Shown here one piece after another: positions 55,925 through 63,493 of a stretch of 64,000 bases of DNA (the first letter of the stretch is position 1; each line of letters begins with the position of its first letter). Below the pieces are notes generated by a model, which ran no database searches, was not told the DNA's origin, and saw nothing but the letters and a program-made list of their open reading frames with translations. The position numbers and the translations under genes were made by a program. The DNA comes from a bacterium. GTDB taxonomy: Bacteria > JAHJDO01. The DNA lies in the NCBI GenBank assembly GCA_043824255.1, contig JBDRTG010000007.1, positions 1,641 through 65,640 of the forward strand. The letters are read 5' to 3'.

Positions 55925-55945
55925 CCCGAAAGCATTCGGGATTTT
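55925..55945 (+). terminator. Possible weak Rho-independent terminator
   Basis: CCCGAA-AGCA-TTCGGG followed by ATTTT, 25 nt after the stop at 55900. Confidence 0.45.
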
Positions 55946-55947
55946 GG

Positions 55948-55977
55948 GTTGTCATTTAGGTTGTCATTTAGTATAAT
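55948..55977 (+). promoter_or_regulatory. Near-consensus sigma70 promoter overlapped by a perfect 12-nt tandem repeat; would give leaderless fic mRNA
   Basis: TTGTCA (55949-55954), a 17-nt spacer, then TATAAT (55972-55977). GTTGTCATTTAG occurs twice in tandem (55948-55959 and 55960-55971). The fic ATG at 55984 is 6 nt after the -10 box, with no SD. Confidence 0.6.
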
Positions 55978-55983
55978 TAATAC

Positions 55984-57039
55984 ATGATATTTAAACCAAA
56001 ATATACAATAACAGATAAGATACTTAATAATATCTCCCAAATTGCGGCTGGAAAGGAGATTGTTGAACATTCCAGACTAATTCCTAAGTGGGAGCTAAAG
56101 TTAAAAAAAGAGGCTCGCCTTCATAATGCTCATTCTTCTACAAGTATTGAGGGGAACAGGCTAACACTTGAGCAGGTAGGCATGCTGTCAGAAAATAAGC
56201 AGATTATTGGCTCAGTCAAGGATAAACAGGAGGTTCTAAATTATCTTCATGCATTGGATGCTATACCTGAATACGCAGGCAAAAAGGCGATAGATGTTAA
56301 ACTATTTTTAAATATCCATAAAACAATTACCAAGGGAACTCTTGAGAATCCTGAGGATTGCGGTGTTTTTAGAAATAGACAAGTTTTTGTAGGAAGAAGA
56401 ATATTTGACGGGACACAATTTAGGGAAGTTGTGGAATATATGCCTCCTCGTACCAGGGATGTTCTTCGTTTAGTAAAAGAATTCTTAGATTGGTTGAATG
56501 CTGCTAAAATAAGCAGTATTCAACCTGTTATTTTAGCTGGGATTGTGCACTATGAAGTAGCCAGAATTCATCCGTTTATTGATGGCAATGGTAGAACAGC
56601 AAGGTTGTTAGCATCTCTTGTTCTTTATAAAACAGGCTTTGATCATAGAAGATTTTTTGCGCTTGATGATTACTATGATGCAGACAGATACTCATATTAT
56701 GCCGCATTAAAAACAGCCCAAAAAAGCAAAGGGGATATTACAAAGTGGCTTGAATATTTCACTGATGGTGTTTTGTATTCAACGAATAAAGTAAAAGAGG
56801 TTATCGTTAAACTTGATTTTTTACCAAAAGTGAATAGTGCTGAACAATTAGAATTAACGTCAAGACAGATAGAAATTTTAGAAAGGATTAAAGTTAAGGG
56901 CAGGATTACTAATAAAGAACTAAGAGCAAATTTTAACATATCACGACAAGCAATGCTGAAAGAAATTTCAAAACTCATAGATGCTGATATAATTGAGCTT
57001 GCTGGAAAAGGCAGGGGAGCATATTATAGAATGCACTAA
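55984..57039 (+). CDS. Fic-family protein (AMPylase-type) with C-terminal wHTH
   Basis: Core motif HPFIDGNGRTARLL, 351 aa. The C-terminal LTSRQIEILERIKVKGRITNKELRANFNISRQAMLKEI is HTH-like. Confidence 0.9.
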   Translation: MIFKPKYTITDKILNNISQIAAGKEIVEHSRLIPKWELKLKKEARLHNAHSSTSIEGNRLTLEQVGMLSENKQIIGSVKDKQEVLNYLHALDAIPEYAGKKAIDVKLFLNIHKTITKGTLENPEDCGVFRNRQVFVGRRIFDGTQFREVVEYMPPRTRDVLRLVKEFLDWLNAAKISSIQPVILAGIVHYEVARIHPFIDGNGRTARLLASLVLYKTGFDHRRFFALDDYYDADRYSYYAALKTAQKSKGDITKWLEYFTDGVLYSTNKVKEVIVKLDFLPKVNSAEQLELTSRQIEILERIKVKGRITNKELRANFNISRQAMLKEISKLIDADIIELAGKGRGAYYRMH

Positions 57040-57051
57040 GGTTATTTTAAT

Positions 57052-58299
57052 ATGAAAATAAAACTAATATATCCCACATGGCCGAAACTAATGGATCAGA
57101 CGGAATTTAATTTGCCGCCTCATGGTCCGGCGTGTTTTGCTGCGGCGCTGAGTGATGATATTGAAATCTCTTTTTGTGATGAAAATGTTGAGAAACTTGA
57201 TTTTTCTGAAGATGCAGACTTGATTGTGCTCTCAGTTATGCTGACATGCCAGATGCCCCGCGCATGGGAAATTAGCGATTGGTATCGAGCTCATGGTAAG
57301 AAGGTGGTGTTTGGCGGCATTGCAACAATGCTTCATGCGGAAGAGACAATGTCTCACGCTGATAGTGTTTTTTTAGGAGAGGCTGAAGGCAGGATTGATA
57401 AGGTTATTGATGATTTTAAGAAAGGACGTATGGAAAAGATGTATGATTTTTTCCATGATTTTCCGGATATGAACATAATTGGCACTGCAAGACGCAGCAT
57501 TCTTAAGCGTGAATTATATAATTTCCGCGGTGTGCAGATGGTTGATCTGATACATGCGTCCCGAGGGTGCAAGTTTAATTGTTTTCCGTGCTGCACGCCG
57601 TATTTGGGAGGGCGCAAATTCAGGCCGCGCCCTGTTGATGCAGTGGTGAGGGAGCTGGAAAGCATTGACAATAACCGCATGTTTTTTGTTGATAATTCTA
57701 TGGCGCAGAACGATGAATGGGAGAGAGAACTGTTTAAGGCAATTGCTCCGTTAAAAAAGAAATGGATATCTCATCCCATAAAGGATGATGACGAAATATT
57801 GGATCTAGCCGCTAAAGCAGGATGTTGGTATGTATATCAGGCAATAATAGATACCTCAGATCATATCCGCAGAAGAGTCAAGCGGCTGCAGGAACATGGC
57901 ATTGGAGTTGAAGGGACAGTTATTCTCGGATTGGATTATCATGATGAAGATTATATAAAGCGATTAGTTGATTTTCTTCTTGAGATAAATCTTGACCTTG
58001 CCGAATTTACTATCCTTACTCCATTTCCTCATGCACCGATCAGAGCCCAGCTGGAAAAAGAAAATAGGATCCTTCATAACAACTGGATCCAGTACACAAC
58101 AGGAGAGGTTGTATTTAAACCGGCAAAAATGACTATAAACTCATTGCAAAGCATGTACCACTATGCATGGGAAAAATTTTACTCTGACTGCAGCAGGGAA
58201 ATAAAGATGGCAAAACTGTTTCTTAAAGTTATTGAAAAAGAAAAGAAGGACGGAACCTATAAGAGAGCCAGGTTAAGGGCTGGTCGCGCGTGGTCATGA
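57052..58299 (+). CDS. B12-binding-domain radical SAM enzyme (class B)
   Basis: N-terminal Rossmann-like B12 domain (DLIVLSVMLT...VVFGGIATM), followed by the rSAM cluster ASRGCKFNCFPC. Confidence 0.85.
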   Translation: MKIKLIYPTWPKLMDQTEFNLPPHGPACFAAALSDDIEISFCDENVEKLDFSEDADLIVLSVMLTCQMPRAWEISDWYRAHGKKVVFGGIATMLHAEETMSHADSVFLGEAEGRIDKVIDDFKKGRMEKMYDFFHDFPDMNIIGTARRSILKRELYNFRGVQMVDLIHASRGCKFNCFPCCTPYLGGRKFRPRPVDAVVRELESIDNNRMFFVDNSMAQNDEWERELFKAIAPLKKKWISHPIKDDDEILDLAAKAGCWYVYQAIIDTSDHIRRRVKRLQEHGIGVEGTVILGLDYHDEDYIKRLVDFLLEINLDLAEFTILTPFPHAPIRAQLEKENRILHNNWIQYTTGEVVFKPAKMTINSLQSMYHYAWEKFYSDCSREIKMAKLFLKVIEKEKKDGTYKRARLRAGRAWS

Positions 58300-59648
58300 G
58301 AATTCTGCTGATTGCTTCTAATACTGCCAGTACTCCATGTCCTATATATCCGTTAGGGGTGAGCATGATTGCAGCAGCTTTGCGTAACGGCGGACATGAG
58401 GTATGTCAGTTTGATTTTCTTCAGAGCAATAAGTCCATGGATGCGCTTTGTGAGACAATCAGGAACAATGCTCCAAATATTATCGGTGTATCAATTCGCA
58501 ATATTGATAATGTGAACTACTTAAGTGAACAGCGCTATATTGATGTTGCGAAGGATATTGTACAAACGATTCACGCACAAACCAGCGTGCCAGTAGTGCT
58601 TGGCGGCGCAGGATTTTCTATTATGCCGGAAGCAATCCTGCGTGAGGTTGGTGCTGATTATGGAATTGTTGGAGAAGGAGAGGCACTAATGCTTGAATTT
58701 GTTGCAAATGCTGAGAAAGGGGAGTATCCCAAAAAACGTTGTATACGGGCTATATCTAAGCTGAGTGGGGAAAAAATCCCCTCTGCATATTATGATCCAA
58801 AGATTATGGAGTTTTATCTGAAAAGAGGGAACATTGGATCTGTGCAGACAAAGCGGGGATGTACACATAAATGCGTGTACTGCTCGTATCCTATTTTGGA
58901 AGGCACAAGTATTCGCTGCAGGGATCCGAAGGCAGTGGTTGATGATATTCAGATGCTGACTGATACGCACAAGGCAAAATATATCTTCTTTACTGATTCG
59001 GTTTTTAATGATGACCAAAAACATTATCTGAACGTAGTTCGTGAAATGGCAAAAAGAGGGGTGTCTATCCCTTGGACTGCGTTTTTCAAACCGGAAAAGC
59101 TTGATGATGAAATTATAGCGCTGATGAAACAGACCGGGCTGAAAGCAGCAGAGCTTGGATCTGATGCGCCGGCTAATACAACACTTCGCAAGCTTGGCAA
59201 GTCATTCTTATTTAAGGACATTATTGAGTGTAATGACTCCTTTGTCCGCTCTGGTATTGCCACGGCGCATTATTATATGTTTGGTTGTCCGGGGGAGACA
59301 CGGGAAACAGTGCTTGAGGGAATAGAAAATATCAAAAGTCTGAGAAAGGCAGTATCTTTTATCTTTATGGGGATACGGATTCTTCCTGGTACTGGTCTTG
59401 AGCACATAGCGCTTAAAGAAGGGCTTCTTTCCAATGGTCAGGATTTACTGAAGTCTGTTTATTATATTTCTCCAAACATTGATAAACAGTGGCTAAAGGA
59501 GACATTAACTAAAGCATTCTCCGGCATTAAACATTGTATTTTCCCTCCTGATGCAGGGGACACTACTTTACAGTTTCTTCACAAACTTGGATATTCAGGC
59601 TCTATGTGGGATATGCTTATTGCCGGGAATAAAAAACTAGATGAGTAA
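58296..59648 (+). CDS. B12-binding-domain radical SAM enzyme (class B), second paralogue
   Basis: MRILLIASN...PLGVSMIAAALRNGGHEV...IIGVSIRN...VVLGGAGFS, then TKRGCTHKCVYCSYP. I took ATG 58296, which forms an ATGA overlap. Confidence 0.85.
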   Translation: MRILLIASNTASTPCPIYPLGVSMIAAALRNGGHEVCQFDFLQSNKSMDALCETIRNNAPNIIGVSIRNIDNVNYLSEQRYIDVAKDIVQTIHAQTSVPVVLGGAGFSIMPEAILREVGADYGIVGEGEALMLEFVANAEKGEYPKKRCIRAISKLSGEKIPSAYYDPKIMEFYLKRGNIGSVQTKRGCTHKCVYCSYPILEGTSIRCRDPKAVVDDIQMLTDTHKAKYIFFTDSVFNDDQKHYLNVVREMAKRGVSIPWTAFFKPEKLDDEIIALMKQTGLKAAELGSDAPANTTLRKLGKSFLFKDIIECNDSFVRSGIATAHYYMFGCPGETRETVLEGIENIKSLRKAVSFIFMGIRILPGTGLEHIALKEGLLSNGQDLLKSVYYISPNIDKQWLKETLTKAFSGIKHCIFPPDAGDTTLQFLHKLGYSGSMWDMLIAGNKKLDE

Positions 59649-60810
59649 TAATTCTTTCTCTACAGATCATATCTGGTGTGTCATCCCTGTATTTAATAAC
59701 AAGGATACTGTGAAAAATGTTGCTTTATCCTGCAGAGCTTATTTGCAGCATATACTTGTTGTTGATGACGGCAGTACTGATATTAATGTATCTGCTTTAT
59801 TTGTTGACACTGATATTATTGTGCTCAGGCACGAGAAAAATCTTGGAAAAGGCAAGGCAATTCTTACTGCCCTAAAGTATATTAAAGCTCAAGGCGGGCG
59901 CTTTATGATTACAATTGATGCAGACGGACAGCACTATCCGCAGGATTTGGAGAAGTTCATTCCTTTGCTCCAGAAAGATGAAACAAGTATTGTTATTGGG
60001 TGCAGAAAACTTCATGGGAAACATGTTCCCCGTAAGAGTCATTTTGGAAGAAAGATTGCTAATTTCTGGCTGCGTGTAGAAACAGGTGTTTCAATTGATG
60101 ATTGCCAGAGCGGGTTTCGCGCATATCCAGTGCAGTACCTTTTACAAATGAAGTTAACAGGCTCTCATTATGATTTTGAAACCGAAGTTCTGGCAAGGGC
60201 AGTCTGGGCTGGCTTGCGTCTAAAGACAATTGAGATTGATGCATGGTATCCTGAACCTCAATTTCGCATCTCCAGCTTTAAGCCACTTGTGGACAATATG
60301 CGTATTTCCTGTATGCATACCAGATTAGTAGGCAGGTGCCTTTTACCGCTTCCGCACCGGAAACTGGTTCATGAAGCTGCGAAAAAAATAGACCTGAGCA
60401 TACTGCGTCATCCTGTTAAATTACTGAAGATGCTGCTAAAAGAGAATGCAAATCCAGTTGGGTTAGCTATAGCAGCAGGTGTGGGAATCTTTCTTGCTGT
60501 ATTGCCGCTTATCTCAATTCATACATTGGCAATTATTTATGTGACAGCGCGCTTGCATTTAAATAAAGTGATGGCTGTAACCATACAGCATTTATGCATA
60601 CCGCCTCTTGTTCCGGCAGTCTGCATTGAACTGGGGTATTATATGCGGCATGGTCACTGGTTAACAGAGGTTTCCATGGATGTTATTTTTAAGCAATTCC
60701 CCGACAGATTGTTTGAATGGCTGCTCGGCTCACTTATAGTTGCGCCTGTATTGGCAATCATTATAGGAACAAGTGTATTTTTTACAGCAAAGGCATTACA
60801 GAAAAACTGA
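59641..60810 (+). CDS. Family-2 glycosyltransferase fused to a C-terminal DUF2062-like membrane domain
   Basis: VIPVFNNKDTV...VVDDGSTD...ITIDADGQH, followed by 3-4 TM helices (GLAIAAGVGIFLAVLPL...). Confidence 0.8.
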   Translation: MSNNSFSTDHIWCVIPVFNNKDTVKNVALSCRAYLQHILVVDDGSTDINVSALFVDTDIIVLRHEKNLGKGKAILTALKYIKAQGGRFMITIDADGQHYPQDLEKFIPLLQKDETSIVIGCRKLHGKHVPRKSHFGRKIANFWLRVETGVSIDDCQSGFRAYPVQYLLQMKLTGSHYDFETEVLARAVWAGLRLKTIEIDAWYPEPQFRISSFKPLVDNMRISCMHTRLVGRCLLPLPHRKLVHEAAKKIDLSILRHPVKLLKMLLKENANPVGLAIAAGVGIFLAVLPLISIHTLAIIYVTARLHLNKVMAVTIQHLCIPPLVPAVCIELGYYMRHGHWLTEVSMDVIFKQFPDRLFEWLLGSLIVAPVLAIIIGTSVFFTAKALQKN

Positions 60811-62382
60811 ACCATTTATGACGTCTTTCAGTTCATCGTAAGCCGCTATTTTCATGTCTTTCATGACAATGAGACTGGCATTCGCACCGGCCTTTACAGC
60901 CATTGGAACGCCCCCGCCATATTCCGCACAATGACCTCCCAACAATAAATTCTTCACAGGCGTTTTGTAATGTGCTACACCGGCTCTGATATTTCTTCCA
61001 GTTGGTTTAACCCCTGAAATGCTTCCCTTGGTGTTGCCCGTATATCGCCAATATGTTACAGGTGTTGCAATCTCCATCACCTCTATGTGCTCCCTCAGCC
61101 CGGGAGCGAAAGTTTTCTCAATCCGGTCCAGCAGGATGTCGGCAAACTTTCTTTTCAATGCTTTGTAGGTTTCGCCTCTTGCCAGACCCTCGCCGGTTCT
61201 CCAATTGTCTTCGTAATCGAGATATGCCGGACAATGTATCATAACGGTTCCCTTACCTTCCGGTGCCAGAGAAGGATCACGAACTGAAGGCGCGATGACG
61301 ATCATGATCGTGCGATGTGGATCACCACTCATGTGATCTTCACGTGATACATCGCTCCTGGTGAGATTCAATACTTCTTCTCCGAACCCCAAAGAAGAAG
61401 CATCGCAATCCAGTCCCAGAAATATGGTGAAGCTGGAATGATAAATATCGGCATTATGCAGTGCTTTTCGCATCCGTGCCGGAATGCAGCCCTCCAGCAG
61501 CATCTTTTCATAAAGCATCTGTACGTCGCAGGCTGCAATCACGTATCGAGCGCTCAGGGAACTTCCGTCTGCCAGTAATACACCGGTCGCTTCTTTTCTG
61601 TCGTTCAACAGCACTCTTTCCACGTGCTGGTTCAGCAATACTTTCGACCCGGCAGACCTGATTCTGTCACACAACCATAAAGCCAGTGTGCGACTTCCTC
61701 CTTTGGGACAAGTTTGAAAATTTCCGGCGAATGCCCAAGCGATAGGCACAATAACGGACATAAAGGATTCTTGACTGCAGAATATCTTTTGAGCACCCTC
61801 CGTACTGAAATAGCGGCGCAGCCCTTTCTCGACAGGGCTCCTCACGTGTTTGAAGACAGGAATTGCCCAAAACAGCATTTGCAAGCTGCGAATAGCTCTT
61901 TCAAAGAATGGCATGGTCTCTTTCGCCATTGTCCTGCTGTTCAGAACATTCAGCCGCCGACCCAGTCTTTCCCCATCCTTGAAAAAAGATCTGATACCGC
62001 TCTCATCATCAGGAAAGTCCTTGATAAGACAATCCTGTAACTCGATAGGATTGGAACTCAGCAAATAGTCGAACGAATCGCTTTTATATCTGTGTATGCG
62101 AGTCAACGGCGCGCAGGTTGGAAACTCGCCACCCAGATAACGCCAGATGTTGTAGACGAATCCGCTGGGACCGCATTGATTGAGCCATTGGATGGAAGTG
62201 TCGAACTGAAAGCCCTGCCGCTGAAAACCTGCCAGGTATCCCCCTGGCTGCGGCTGAGTTTCAAGAACTACTGTTTGAAGACCCGCCCTTGAGAGAAGCC
62301 CTGCTGCGGTGAGTCCACCTGCCCCTGCCCCGATGACTACAACATCACACCTGTCAGGGACTTGATTATTCGCCTGTATCAT
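60796..62382 (-). CDS. FAD-dependent oxidoreductase, phytoene-desaturase (CrtI) superfamily; compositionally atypical
   Basis: DVVVIGAGAGGLTAAGLLSRAGLQTVVLETQPQPGG and C-terminal LLLGGHCAEYGGG. Spot GC on four lines is 50-57%. Seven spurious ORFs of 60 aa or more overlap it in other frames. Confidence 0.8.
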   Translation of the reverse strand: MIQANNQVPDRCDVVVIGAGAGGLTAAGLLSRAGLQTVVLETQPQPGGYLAGFQRQGFQFDTSIQWLNQCGPSGFVYNIWRYLGGEFPTCAPLTRIHRYKSDSFDYLLSSNPIELQDCLIKDFPDDESGIRSFFKDGERLGRRLNVLNSRTMAKETMPFFERAIRSLQMLFWAIPVFKHVRSPVEKGLRRYFSTEGAQKIFCSQESFMSVIVPIAWAFAGNFQTCPKGGSRTLALWLCDRIRSAGSKVLLNQHVERVLLNDRKEATGVLLADGSSLSARYVIAACDVQMLYEKMLLEGCIPARMRKALHNADIYHSSFTIFLGLDCDASSLGFGEEVLNLTRSDVSREDHMSGDPHRTIMIVIAPSVRDPSLAPEGKGTVMIHCPAYLDYEDNWRTGEGLARGETYKALKRKFADILLDRIEKTFAPGLREHIEVMEIATPVTYWRYTGNTKGSISGVKPTGRNIRAGVAHYKTPVKNLLLGGHCAEYGGGVPMAVKAGANASLIVMKDMKIAAYDELKDVINGSVFL

Positions 62383-62475
62383 CTTCTGCTTTTATAATAA
62401 AATTAGATATTACTCTAAAGAAAAGCTTCAACAATATCAAGTTAAAATAAGCGAACTACTTTGTTTATTTCCTAT

Positions 62476-62513
62476 TTGAACCAACCTGGTTCTTTTGAAC
62501 CAACTTGGTTCTT
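62476..62513. promoter_or_regulatory. Tandem pair of 19-bp palindromic sites (candidate operator) in a divergent intergenic region
   Basis: TTGAACCAACCTGGTTCTT (62476-62494) and TTGAACCAACTTGGTTCTT (62495-62513). Each contains GAACCA-N3-TGGTTC. Confidence 0.5.
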
Positions 62514-62554
62514 ATGCAATTGAAAAGAGAAAAATAATCTGTTAAGATTTCTAT

Positions 62555-63493
62555 GTGAAAAAAGCTGAAGCATCTCGAAAAATTGAAGCAAAGAGAAGAG
62601 GGAATGCCCTTGGATTCTGGTTTTTTAGGATTTCTCTGCGCTTTTTTGGGTTAAGAGGAGCGTATGGATTATTATATATTGTCTGTATCTACTATGTGCT
62701 GTTTGATCGAGCAGCTGTTTGTGGAGCTTTGGCGTATATTAACAGAAGGTTTCCATCACATGGTTTTGTAAAAAGGCTGAGACACGCATATAGATTGTTT
62801 GTAAGTCAGGGAAGACAGCTTATTGACCGCTATGCTATTGTTTCAGGACAGGAAATATTTGATATCCAGTTACGCGGATATGAACAATTGATGTCCCTGA
62901 TTCAGAATTCTCCTCATGGAATAATTTTGCTAACTGCTCATGTGGGTAACTGGCAGGTCGCTATGACAGCATTAAAAAAACTGGGGAAAACAGTGTATCT
63001 GGTTATGCGTCCGGAAGATAACCCTGCGGTGCAAAGTTCACTGCGTATCAGCAGGGAACAGGACTATATCAAGATTATTTCTCCTGAACAAGAACTCGGT
63101 GGAATTGTTGAAATCATGAATAGATTAAAAGAAAAACATATTGTGTCCATTATGGGCGACCGTAGATATGGGTTTAAAGCTGTAGAAGTTTCGTTTCTTG
63201 GAGAGAAAGCCTGGTTTCCATACGGCGGCTTTACAATTGCGGCAGCGACAAGATGTCCGGTAGTTATTCTGTTGTCAGAGAAAGTCTCTACTTATAAGTA
63301 CATTGTTGATGTATCTAATGTGTTGTATCCGTGCTATGAGAATGGGACGAATAAATATCAGCAGCTCCAGCAATGGGTTCAGGAATTTGCTGCGTTGCTT
63401 GAAGAATATACACACAAACACCCTTACCAGTATTTTTTGTTTTCTAATGTGTGGGAAGAAGAAACAGAAAGCACAGGTAAAATGAAGACATGA
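62555..63493 (+). CDS. LpxL/HtrB-family (lipid A late) acyltransferase-like protein
   Basis: N-terminal membrane helices and LLTAHVGNWQVAM (family motif H-x-G-N-W-E as I recall it, here with Q), 312 aa, GTG start. Confidence 0.7.
   Translation: MKKAEASRKIEAKRRGNALGFWFFRISLRFFGLRGAYGLLYIVCIYYVLFDRAAVCGALAYINRRFPSHGFVKRLRHAYRLFVSQGRQLIDRYAIVSGQEIFDIQLRGYEQLMSLIQNSPHGIILLTAHVGNWQVAMTALKKLGKTVYLVMRPEDNPAVQSSLRISREQDYIKIISPEQELGGIVEIMNRLKEKHIVSIMGDRRYGFKAVEVSFLGEKAWFPYGGFTIAAATRCPVVILLSEKVSTYKYIVDVSNVLYPCYENGTNKYQQLQQWVQEFAALLEEYTHKHPYQYFLFSNVWEEETESTGKMKT

Noticed and set aside
61053-62292. A cluster of seven 60-110-aa ORFs on both strands over the CrtI-like gene.
   Set aside because: They are explained by the locally high GC content, which makes stop codons scarce. 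Only the 528-aa minus-strand frame has a dinucleotide-binding motif and family-like sequence.
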